64,000 nt of DNA, from NCBI RefSeq assembly GCF_038025025.1, contig NW_027117341.1:2232001-2296000 (forward strand), written 5' to 3'. The first letter of the stretch is position 1, and each line of letters begins with the position of its first letter. The notes under the pieces are model-generated. The model saw only the letters and a program-made list of their open reading frames with translations. It did no database searches and had not been told where the DNA came from. Positions 49,614 to 61,009 of this stretch are shown in pieces. Made by a program: the position numbers and the translations under genes. The DNA comes from Phyllosticta citribraziliensis (taxonomy: Eukaryota).

Positions 49614-50030
49614 GGACCAGAGCGCCCTGTGTAGGTTGGTAGTTAACATCAGCCAAGCCCCAGGCTCTTTGGTAGGGACTCACTCAAAGGAAACAAATGA
49701 AATCGAATACATTCCTTCTCCCTGGGAATCTCCGCTTGGTGTTGAAGATGGGGCATCAAGTTGCCAACATTTGCAAGTCCAAGCAAACCGGAGCGTTTGC
49801 ACACCACCTCCTGTCTTACCTGTCGCAATCTCTCCTGCAGAAGCCCGACATTACACTGACCTTTCTGCAGAATCATGTTCCCTCCTCTTCCTCTTTGTCC
49901 TCTTCTTCCCCTTTGTTTTTACCTCTCTTTTTCTCTTTCTCTTTACCTCTTTTCTCTTCCTCCTCCTCCTCCTCTTTAACCACCGCTACCACCAACACGA
50001 CATTCCACGTCTTTCGTCCAGCCTCCCAAC

Positions 50031-51143
50031 ATGGCCGAGCAACCACATCCACATCCTCGCGTAACCCGGAGTCGCGCAGCCCAGGGACTTCCGTCTCCTC
50101 GACGGGGCTACAGCCGTGCAACCCAGACGCTTGCGCCTCCTCCTCCTCCTCCGCCTCCTCCGCTCAACCAGACGGCTCAGACCATGATGCATGTCCTCTT
50201 AGGAGCCTTGGCATCAGCACTCATCTTCGTCGTCATCTCTCGGAGCTTTTCCGGGCCCCTTTGCCAAACCACCCAAACCACGCAACGCGAGCCACCCGAA
50301 CCCTGTCCACTTGTGCCTACCGGGACAACCTTTTCCTGGATTGAATACATACCGCGGACATCATATGGGGCGGCTGCCAAAAAGGATTCCATCTGCCCGG
50401 CTTGGGACGTTTTCAACGCGTCGGACATGGCAGTCTCATGGGAGAGGCCTTTGTTGCCCACGGAGGACGAGGCTCGGGATTGTCACCGTCACATCAGCTG
50501 GTCGTATCGCAAACTCCGAGCTCTCTGGCATTCTGACCGGGCGGAGCCACCCACGGCAACATCGATTGGTGCTCTACGGCGACTACTCAACCTATCGCGG
50601 CCACAGCTAGATCTCATTGCGCACACTCTCGAGCAGGCATACCAAGACGCCTCCTTCTGCTGCATGACGAGCACGGAAAAGAGTACATGGCTCAATACCA
50701 TGACGGACAAGCAGCCCAGCTTGTGGGACGTTGGCGAGATGGACGACGTCACAAACGACCTGGAAGGAGTTGCGGCGGACCCCAGCGACTTGGGCCTCGA
50801 CTTGGCGCCAAGTGAATATGCCCATGTCCAGCACTGCATGGAGCGTAAGGGCACGTCATGGGCTCACGAACTCCACCGCATGCGTCAGCAGCGCCGCACT
50901 CTCTGGCATCAGTGCAAGACGTATGTTGAGAGCTTTGTTGATGTCCACATCAGAAAAAGCACCAAGGAGCACAAGCCTACTCAAAGGGCGAGGATGCGGC
51001 AGAGCGTGCTCAACCACTTCATGAAGCGGACAGGCGCGCTCGACGGATGCCGCGACGGCGTCTTGCGACCTTGGTGGGAGATGGAGGACGAGCCGGCGAA
51101 GTGCATGGCGAAGATTCACGGCAAAAATACCAACGTGGGCTGA
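50031..51143 (+). CDS. Signal/TM-anchored protein with a degenerate J-domain (HSD)
   Basis: VLLGALASALIFVVIS hydrophobic segment; ISWSYRKLRALWHSDR...IAHTLEQAYQ parallels the J consensus IKKAYRKLALKWHPDK...INEAYE. Confidence 0.75.
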   Translation: MAEQPHPHPRVTRSRAAQGLPSPRRGYSRATQTLAPPPPPPPPPLNQTAQTMMHVLLGALASALIFVVISRSFSGPLCQTTQTTQREPPEPCPLVPTGTTFSWIEYIPRTSYGAAAKKDSICPAWDVFNASDMAVSWERPLLPTEDEARDCHRHISWSYRKLRALWHSDRAEPPTATSIGALRRLLNLSRPQLDLIAHTLEQAYQDASFCCMTSTEKSTWLNTMTDKQPSLWDVGEMDDVTNDLEGVAADPSDLGLDLAPSEYAHVQHCMERKGTSWAHELHRMRQQRRTLWHQCKTYVESFVDVHIRKSTKEHKPTQRARMRQSVLNHFMKRTGALDGCRDGVLRPWWEMEDEPAKCMAKIHGKNTNVG

Positions 51144-51734
51144 GCTTCGCCGAGTGTCTGTCTTGCAAGGGGTAGAGGCACTCCATCATTGTACTCTGTT
51201 GGAACTACATTTCTCCTTCTCTTCTCTCACTCGCTTTCTCTCGCCTTTGCCATGCTGTGTGTTTGATAGAATGAACCATGTTGAAATTTTGAAACCTGTA
51301 ATTTATGGTGGTGTAATCTTTCTGCTTTCCTCCCGTCTATCCGTCCCCCTATCTTGAGAGAGGGCGTGCAATGTTTCTGCTTTCCTCCCGTCCGTCCATC
51401 CCCCTATCTTGAGAGAGGGCGGGCGGGCGGATGGATGGATGGATGGATGGATGGATTCGCTCGCAGCAGCAGCCCGTGCGTGCTGTTGACCACCCCTCAC
51501 TGCCTGTCGGTGCTGCCTGCCGCACCTTACGGCGCCACAAGGCTCTCTGCCTTTCGGAGCTCCGAGACAGACAGGCTAAGGGGTCGGGCTTTAATCAAGG
51601 AGGAGGAATGTATACATATATATATATGAGTGTTCTAAGAGGCAAGGCAGGGTAGAGCAGAGCGGAGCAGAGCAGATCAAAGAGCCACGAACCACCGAAC
51701 AGGCTCAACGCACACCACCATTCGTTCTACAGCC

Positions 51735-52323
51735 ATGCCACAGTGCGAGTCCTTTCTCGCCAGCGGTCAAGCCGAGAAGTGCTCCAAGAGAGCGAAGCCG
51801 GGCCAGCGCTTCTGCCACTGGCACCAATGCATCCAATACACGGTAAGTAAGCAAACAAGCACGCACTCACTCACGGCGGAGGCGGGCGAGCGAGCGAGAG
51901 AGAGAGAGAGAACGCTGGCTGACCATTTCACTTTTGCAGCCCGATGGCGATTCTGTTACCAAGGCCAAGGACAAGGCCAAGAAGGAGGAGGAGGATGAGG
52001 CCGAGAATGAGGACAAGCAGAAGAAGAAGGAGAAGAAGAAGAAGAAGAACAAAGAAGCCAACAAGCAGGCCGAGCCGTCCGACTCGGAGGATTCCGGCCA
52101 GGCCACTCCTGGCGACGACCCTGTGCTGCAGCTGTCGCCGGTCGTGAAGCGCATGCTGAGCCGTTTCAAGGTCGACGTCAAGGGCAAAAGCAAGAGCAAG
52201 AGTGACGACGAGGCCGAGGCCGAGGCCGAAAAGGACGTGGAGATGCTGCGCCGTGCCATCAAGGCGCAGAAACGCCAGCTGGAGAATCTTGCTGCAGCGT
52301 TCGATAGGCTGGGAGTCAAATGA
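51735..52323 (+). CDS. Small CCCH zinc-finger protein (CX11CX10CX2H) with K/E-rich linker and C-terminal coiled coil, 163 aa
   Basis: CESFLASGQAEKCSKRAKPGQRFCHWH; phase-0 intron 51843-51939 at the same relative position as in 46164-46742. Confidence 0.8.
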
Positions 52324-53080
52324 GTCAAGATACGGGAGACAGGTTAGGGGATGTACAGTAGGGGGTTGGTATAGGGTCGTCTGTCCAGTTATATCACTCT
52401 CCTTAAATACTGCTTTCTCTGCGCCGCTGGATTCTTTGCGCTCGTGGGATTTTGTGTGTGCTCCATGTGTTGAAAAGAATTGCCATATTCGGCGCAAGTG
52501 AACGCAGTGCACTGGCCCCTAAAAACCACCTGAAATTCGCTACAATCCAATACAACTGTTTTCGCTCCTCCGGACGTGCCACCGTGCCTGGCATTCATCA
52601 TCTCAATATCATGCCTGCCCGCCGGCCTCTTCAGCCCCGTCAGCGTTGGCTGTGGAGCACGTAAATCTGCACGCTGTGATTGAGCGTTGCGCGCGTTTGC
52701 CTTTCGTCGCATGTGTTTTGTTACACAACATGATGAGCCTGTCTCTTGTTTTCAGTAAGCCTACAAGTCAATTGGTGGGTGCGCCGGTGAGAGGTCTGAG
52801 ACAGTTCCGTTTGCTGCATCTTGCCGTCAGGCAGTCGGGCATGTAATGGGTAGAGAGGGAGTCACCCATCTCTCACCCCATCAACCACCACGCCGACCTG
52901 AGAAGACAAGAGAAGCCCCCTTCCACTACCTCTCTCGCAGCGTCTCTTTGGAACTCGTCAGGATGTCTCCAAATACCAGTACGTACCCACATCTATTGGA
53001 TCCTCACGCCAGTCGATCTGACAAACACCCAAGACACCTACACAGCACAGCAACAGGCCACCCTGAGGCAAGCCCACGAC

Positions 53081-53494
53081 ATGGTCACCATCTACTATCT
53101 GCGTCGCCCAGAGAACCTCAAGGGGCTTGATCCCAACGGCGACGTGCAGCACATCGCGACGATGCTGGCCCAGCTCGACCCCCAGGGCATATACCGCGGC
53201 GGCCAAACTGTGGCGCTCAACAACACGCCAGAAATGAAGCGCGTCAAACTGCATGCCCAACGCGCAGGCGCGGTGCGCCGCGACCTGAAGAGGATGGTGG
53301 ACAATAGCAGAAGCAGTGGCGGCCATGATGTGGGAGCATCAGATGACCAAGGCCTGGATCTGGTCTGTATTGCTGCAGTCCTTATATGCCTTGGTTTCGT
53401 CTTCTTCATCCTCTTCGCTTGCATCGCCCACCACATGTATCTGCGCAGAGAGGCGGCTCGGGACCGCGGGGATTACTATGACGGCTATAGCTAG
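53081..53494 (+). CDS. Small single-pass membrane protein, 137 aa
   Basis: Intact ORF with strong codon bias and TM segment LVCIAAVLICLGFVFFILFACIA. Confidence 0.65.
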   Translation: MVTIYYLRRPENLKGLDPNGDVQHIATMLAQLDPQGIYRGGQTVALNNTPEMKRVKLHAQRAGAVRRDLKRMVDNSRSSGGHDVGASDDQGLDLVCIAAVLICLGFVFFILFACIAHHMYLRREAARDRGDYYDGYS

Positions 53495-54894
53495 AGTGGA
53501 AGATGTGTATTTACAGAAGCGGGGGTTGGTTGTGTTTCTCCTACTGCGAGAGCGAGGCATATCGCCTTCAGACCCTGACAAGCCCCCGCCATCAAGTCTC
53601 TCTCATTTCCCACACAACCGACCAGCAAAATAGCAGGAAGAGGGGCGCAAATCGAAGTCGGTGCAAACTCCAATCAGCCTACTCAAGGGTTGTCAAGGTC
53701 GAGGCGGGGCAGCAATGGTCTACTTGCGATGAGGAGGAGCGGGCTACCTGTACCTACGCGTGCATGTCACAGGAATTAAGATGCTGTACACAGCAGCGAT
53801 TAGCCACATCTTTCCGTGTGGCTTGACGGCGTTGCGTCGCTCCGATGCCTACTACATAGCTGCATTATTGCTGGCGTTGCGGGCTGTCTACGGTGCGATG
53901 TATGACGTCATATTCCGCTTCCTATAGATTGATGACAGGACGTGCCATTTAGGTGTGGTGGCCTAGGAAATCCTGTAGCTACCAGCCCACAAGGATTGCA
54001 GTGGTGATGGAAATGCAGAGCCGACATTTTTTTCTTTTCGGAATGACGGCATGGAGCTGTCCCTGCCGTCCAGAGGCTGCAAGGTGGCCGCCAGGGCATT
54101 GACCGCGAAAAAGGCAATTCCGGTGACGATGGAGCGGGAGATGAGGGGGCCGAAAGGAGCGGCGAAAACTGGACGAGCGGTAAGAGTGCGGTGGGAATGC
54201 CCGTCAAGAATGGCGCACGTTCGATGGATGGATGTCGAGGACTGGAGTAGTGAGTGAGAGCAGCCAGAAAGGACAAACACCCGGTCCGAGATCAAGCCAT
54301 GGCTCTTGGGCCGGGTAGGTTTGGCGACATTTGCGACGCGATGGATTGGAAGATGATGAGAGATGCGACGGACGGGATATGGATCAACTGCTGTAGGGAC
54401 GGCCCGGGACCCGAGGCCCATGACAGCCGGCGGGAGCGAATCCGGACTGAAGATCCGCCGGCGGGAGGTGAGCGCCGGCGGGCACCTCCCGTCAACACCA
54501 CCACCGGGGCATGCAATGTCGGCCCGGAGCATGCGACCTGTCAGCTTGATGGACCGACGCAGCAAAAGCAACTGTGCCCGGCCGCATCCCATCATGTCGA
54601 ATGCTGGCTGACGTCCTCAGGAACCACTCCGCTGCAGGCAGGGCTCTCGGCGTCGCAGACCCCGCCGCCGTCTCTCCATGGATCCATCCCCATCTTCAAC
54701 GTGCACACCGTCCACCCCGCGTCATGCTCCACCGCGCACCCTGGCAAGCCCCTTCAACTACCGTGGCGACGGCCGACTCGACGCGTCGCGAGTGCGTCAG
54801 GGGTTTCTCAGGCGACGCCAATGCCTTTGTCGCAACAACTTGCACCATACCCTCATCGGAAGCAGCCGGATCGCTCCGGTGGACCTGGAAGAGG

Positions 54895-54925
<31 letters not shown>

Positions 54926-55515
54926 TACTGGACATGCGATACTGTGCGAGAAGATGGTCGGGAGTTGGTCGGGGAAGGGTGTCTGGAGTGTGCTTTGTGG
55001 CTGCTATCTGGACAGTCGTTTCAGTCAAAGCATCATTTCTCGTCGTTGTGGTCTCAATCTTTCATCTCGTCTAAGGCTGCCTTTTGCCTAGGTTTTCTCT
55101 CCCATAATCTGCCCGCCCATGGGCTGCATGGAGCAGCGCCAGCAGCGTATTTCACTTGAGCGCCTCAACACTCCTACTGCTCGTCATCCACACGCCCGTC
55201 CCGTCCTCACCGAGCAGCTCTAGCGCGACACGGCCACGCAGGAGCGCGCTGCACCTTCTCACCGTCGCGACTCTTTGTTTGCTGCGACGCTCGGCTCGTT
55301 GATGCAACGGCGGCAGAAAATCGCCAAATTTTGCAACGCGCAGAGCAAAGCGCAGCGCCCGGAACTACCGAGGTGGACGAGCAGCAGAACGGAGACATGT
55401 GGCTCCTTGTTCGTGGTGATGGCGGCAGGAACGGCAGTTTAATGCGCGGGCGTCGTGGCAGGTGTGTGGTCTTGTCATGTCAGCTCTCTGGACATAAAGC
55501 ACGCCGTGGAGAGAT

Positions 55516-56256
55516 TTACCGGTAGAGTGATATCCGCTCCAGGCGGGGGAGCTCGCCGGGCGTTGTTGATGTGGTGTTGATTGACGCTTCTGCGGTCGCT
55601 TTGTTGGCTCGTCGCCTTTCCTCGCGCTCCGAGCCCTGGCAGTTCAACGACGAGCGGCTGGTGCTCTGGTGCAGCAGCTTCGGGGCGCTGGACTCGTCGC
55701 TGGTGTCCTCAAATCTTTCCTTGTTGTTCTCATCATCGAGTTTGCCGCCAAGGAGATGCTGAGCCTTGAGATGTAGGCTGACGGCGCGGGACGGTAGTCG
55801 TGTGGCCTGCGCGGCCTGCTTATCAAGGATTAGCTTCTTGTCCACCAATTTGTCTGGAGAAGTCTTCCTTACCCTGGGCGGTACATTTTCCTGGTCGACG
55901 AGAGAGATGAATGGGGAGCTGGGCGCGCAGCGTCGAGGATTGGCATCTTTTCTGCAAATCTCTCTGGAAAAGTCTTCCTCGCCTCAGGCGGTACGTTTTG
56001 CTGGTCGACGAGAGAAACGAACGGAGTACTACGCGCGTCTGCGTGGGCGAATGGGGAGAGTGAGTTTGCGTGAGGTCGGGGACCGAGAGACTGTGTTGAT
56101 AGGTTGAGCCAGAATGTATTCGACGGGAGTCGGTCGAGACAGCGGGAAGGGGGCTATTTGAGGTACCAGTAAGGAGCTGACAAGAGCAGGCGACGTATGA
56201 TAGTGATGAATGGAGAGGGAGAGACTTGCGCTGCCATCCATGGTCATTTCCCCCAC
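55516..56256 (-). pseudogene. Decayed gene with an internal duplication
   Basis: SLVDQQNVPPEARKTFP / SLVDQENVPPRVRKTSP repeats in different frames; in-frame TAG at 56027-56029. Confidence 0.3.
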
Positions 56257-59200
56257 ATCGCTACCCTCCTCTTCTATGCGGAAGCTCCATCGCGTCCTCA
56301 GTCGTCGCTCTTACCTCACCTAGAATCCAAACAATAATCCTTCCCCTTCTCCTTCCGGATCTCCAATACGAGTCCTCCATCTGACGCATGACGACGAGAG
56401 GGACAAGATGAGGTCTCTGTCGCTTAGACTGCAACGCGAAACGCCTCACGAGATTTGCTTCAGCCGATACATTGTGGCGGCACAAGTCTGGACGAGTCAA
56501 GGCAGTCGTCGAGCGACACACTAGGGACATATTTCATCACTCAATGTGCAGTTGGCAGGCCGGCGTGTTCTGTAATGTTGAACATACGCTCGGCGCGCGA
56601 GGGCCTTCGCTTCAGCGGCTTTCCACTTGAATCGTGTCAGTTTGGCTAATGGAATGGAGTTTGGGATGGCGGCATTGAAGCAATTGGCCACAAAGCGTGA
56701 GCATGCATCATCTGACGTACCACTCCATGCAGGCGACGACGGCAAACAAGGCCGCCGTCGTACCTGGCGCCCAATACTGGCGCTACCAACTGCAGGCGGC
56801 TACGCATCATCACGACCTCATGTGGCATTGCGACTGCGGCGTACGAAAGGTGCAGCTTCAACCGGGCCCTGGAAAGACGTCTCGCCATGTCTGACCTCCA
56901 CCGACGCAGGCCCGTCGAGCTACGAGCCAGGTGCGAGGAGATGAGGCTTTGCTCAATCGCCCACTCTAGAAAGGGACATGAAGCGGCCATGCACAGGGGC
57001 CAGAATAGGTTATGAAGAGGGCTGGCTGAGGGGGGATTAATGGCAGACATACGCGGGTGCAAAATCTCAATAAAGGCAAGACGGTGCCTCACTCCACGGC
57101 GGTGACGCTGGCGACAGGAGAGAAGCAGTGGCGACGAGCACTTGGGTGCATATGCAGCAGATAGTAACAATGGGCGGCGTCATTTCAGCATGGTACTGCT
57201 ATGCAAGTGAGCAGCTGGCGACGAGTGAGTGCATCATTGACAAGTGACGTTGTCATGAGGATGGGCGAGGGTGTACCAAAACATGGCGCCCGTAGTTCGT
57301 GCATCGCTTGTCGTGCAGCTGACTGGCTACACCAAACCGACGAGCGAGAGTGTCAGTGGATCATAAGGCAAGACGAGACTTGATGGTCATGAAAGGTGAA
57401 ATCAAGCCGTATCACGCCGTCTGGCTCAGGATGAAAATGGTCATGGGTCGCGGGATCTGCACACAGTTAGATGGCCTGGACGGAGTCGGCGAGTGGGGCG
57501 GGCTGATGGGAGGTGATGGCTCGGGCGTATACTCGGTTTGAATAGTGGCCGACTCGGTATACCGCGACGGAGAAAGATGAACTATGGCGACAGGGCGGGC
57601 GAAGGTGTTGGGCGATGAGAGAGAAATTCCAGAGGCGCAAGTGGAAATTGTGGTGGGGACGTAGAGCGCAGCAGAGCATGGACGACAAAGCAGCCTTCCC
57701 ACCTATATGTGGATGAAAAAGGCGGCAGAGGATATAGGGACATGCGGAAGGGAGGATTCTATATGGACAGTGTTAGCAAGATGAATAAAAGTCGGGCTAT
57801 CAACGGATAGGCGCAGGGGGTCACGTACGCAAAGGACACATACCACTATCGGATCCCATGCTACAGACTCTTCTCAGAAGCGTATTTGATGGGCAAGTCG
57901 AATTTGCCTTGGTGGCTGGTGATGGTGTCGCCGCACCAGCTCGACAAATCTGTCCATCGGCCTCTCAGACCGCACGGGACTTTCTGGCGCAAGCTGGTTG
58001 GGTTGCATTTGCGTCAAAAATTTGCGCGTCCTCGTTGAGCAGCTGTAGCGAGTGCGCCGACGCCAGCTTCTTGAGTATCCTGGCTTGCAAGAGCGTGAGC
58101 TTTGTGCTGACTGGAAAAAGCGGAGATGATCTAGCGGTAGAGTAGAGGGGGGGGCATCATGTGCAGAAGAGAGTAGGGAAAGTGGTACGAGAAGGACGGC
58201 GAGAAGGACCAGGACGCAGAATGTAGGATACAAGGCAGACAGGAGAACAAAAGCAATGTGTGTATAGAGAGACGGGCGGAGGGATGTGAATGGAGAGGAG
58301 AGGAGAGGATGGGGGGAGCCGAGATACCTGTTCTTTATTTGCCTGATGGGGAACGTTGCGACGGCAAGCACGACGAATGGAACGCTGGCCTGTAGTCGAT
58401 GGCGATATGGGATGAGGTGCCTAGAACTCTCCTCTCGTAAAAGGTACTGCGGTGGGCTGGGCTAAAGAAACGCGCCACCGTGAAGCTCACACAGCTGGGG
58501 TGTGGTAGGGAGAATCGCACATCGTCTGAAACGGACCGACCATTTGCTACGTGAGGTCAGCGAAACCATCAATGAATTGAGAGGCGACTACCTACTCCAT
58601 GTCGAAGGCGCCGCAAGCCTGGAAGAACAGTTGCAGTGTGTTGGTGCAACGGCTGCTGTAACATAAGAGGTTGAGAGAGTGAGTCGACGGCGTGTAAGGT
58701 CGAGTGAAAACCGCATTCGATCAGACGTGTGCGGAGGGATTAGGTACCGAGGTGGAGAGGGAGCCGACGGGGTGACGGTGATGGTGACGGCCTGGATGGG
58801 TAAGCTGAGGTAGGCACGGCCAGCACCGATGGCGGAGGATGCCGGGTCGGGTCGAGTAGATCGAGAAGGGGACACGCCCAGATAACGTACCAGGTGGAAA
58901 GGTTCCAGCAGCGAACCCAAGGAAAAGGGGACGACAGCGACGACAACAGTAGCGGAACTAGATGGACACGCTCATCAGCGGGAAGTTTCTCACCGTGTGA
59001 CGGTTGAACAAAACAACCACAAAGCTTACCTGTAAAGAGATTTTGAGTGGATCTGGTTGCGTGGAACTAGAGCAGTGTCAGTAAACCTTGTTAGAGCCAG
59101 CAGGAAGGCCGTGGACGTACTTAAGGAGCACATCCTTTGCCACAGAGTGTACTTACGGCGCGGACCGAGGCGCAGTAGACATGAGATGAGCGTTGGCGGA

Positions 59201-59269
59201 ACTATATCTCGGTGTCAGCAAAGACGAAGAAAGAAAGAGAAGCGTCCAATTCCAGAGATGTGCGCGTGA

Positions 59270-59925
59270 TGGTCGCGCAGGGTGGTGTCAGATATCTTGG
59301 ACCGGACTACGGCCACAAGACTCGCAACCTGGCAGTTCAATCAGTCAGCACGATGGCTTTTAATGAGAAAGGTTAAGGAGGCATACTTCTCTGACAAGAC
59401 ACCCTGCTGCGACTGACAAGAAGGACCATTGAGACGAAGAGGGCGAGGAAAAGGCCATGGCTGCGCAGGGTGGTGTCAGATATCTTGGACCGGACCACGG
59501 CCACAAGACTCGCAACCTGCTGATTGAGTTAGTGGAACAGGAATGAGAGACGGTGGTAGAGGCGTACTTCTCTGACAACACACCCCGCTACGACTGAAAC
59601 GGACCATAGACACAAGACTCGCAACCTGCTGATTGAATTAGTGGAACAGGAATGAGAGACGGTGGTAGAGGCGTACTTCTCTGACAACACACCCCGCTAC
59701 GACTGAAACGGACCATAGACACAAGACTCGCAACCTGCTGATTGAGTTAGTGGAACAGGAATGAGAGACGGTGGTAGAGGCGTACTTCTCTGACAACACA
59801 CCCCGCTGCGACTGATGGACCGGACCACGGACGCAAGACTTGCAACCTGCCGATGAGTTAGTGGAACGGCTTGAATGAGAGAAGGTGGTAGAGGCGTACT
59901 TCTCTGACAACATACTCCGCTGCGA
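59270..59925 (-). repeat. Tandem exon+intron units, 109-bp core period
   Basis: 51-nt intron gtacgcc...ctaactcaatcagcag plus 58-nt exon; anchors at 59507, 59616 and 59725, with looser flanking copies. Confidence 0.9.
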
Positions 59926-60244
59926 CGAATGAGAAGAAAAGGACCATGGGACAAGGACGGCAAAGCTGGAGGACGAGATCCGCAGGTCCTATTGCAAAAT
60001 GTCAGCGCAGGCAAGGTGTAAGGAAGAGTAAGGCCAGTGAATGATCAAGCTGTGGTTCGCCAGGGAGAATTTCGCAAGCCCTGTCCAAAGAGCGGAGGTT
60101 TGTGAGAAGGCCGGAGGTCTGAGAAGGCGGAGGGTCTAGAAGTCTACAAGTCCTGTTACAAGGCGTCAGTAGAGGGGAGATGAAGAGAAAGAAGATCGAC
60201 GTACCTGTGTACTAGGGTTTGTGAGAAGGCGGGGACAACAAGTC

Positions 60245-60800
60245 CTGTGGAAGATTGTCAGCGATGGGAGTGGCAGGCGCAAGGGAAGACTGACGTACCG
60301 GTGAGAACGATGTATTTGAGTGAGAAAGGGCCCCATCTCCTCCGCGGCCAGCTGGCATTATTGACCGCTGTCCAGAGGAGCGAAGGCGAGGGTGCGAGGG
60401 TGGCAGGTAGGGAAGACGGTGGAAACCTGTGGAAGATTGTCAGTGAATGGAGTGGTAGGCGAAAGGGAGAACAGACGTACCGGTGAGAATGATGCATTTA
60501 AGCGAGAAAGGCGAGGGTGCAAGGCCTTGTGGCAGGTAGGGAATCATGTAGAAGATTGTCAGCAAATGGAGTGGTAGGCGAAAGGGAGAACAGACGTACC
60601 GGTGAGAATGATGCATTTGAGCGAGAAAGGCGAGGGTGCGAGGCCTTGTGGCAGGTAGGGAATCCTGTAGAAGATTGTCAGTGAATGGAGTGGCAGGCGA
60701 AAGGGAGAACAGACGTACCGGTGAGAATGATGCATTTGAACGAGAAAGGCGAAGGTGCGAGGCCTTGTGGCAGGTAGGGAAGACGGAGGAAACAAGTCCT
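60245..60800 (-). repeat. Tandem exon+intron units, 119-bp period
   Basis: 54-nt intron gtacgtc...ctgacaatcttctacag plus 65-nt exon; anchors at 60474, 60593 and 60712, with a looser copy near 60292. Confidence 0.9.
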
Positions 60801-61009
60801 GTGCAAGATTGTCAGTGATGCGAGTGGTGACTTACCCATTTGAGCGAGAAAGGCGAGGGTGCAAGGCATTCGTGGCAGGTAGAGAAGATGCTGGAGTCGG
60901 CGAGAAGACAGAGGAAAAAAGTCCTGTGACGGAGCGTCAGTGAGGGGCAGGCTGAACGGAAGGGAGGGAATAATGAGTGTCGTAGGTGAGTATGGTGGCT
61001 TCAGAATGA

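Noticed and set aside
54254..55159. 301-aa ORF
   Set aside because: No ATG at its start, no codon bias or motif, and overlapping ORFs of similar quality on both strands.
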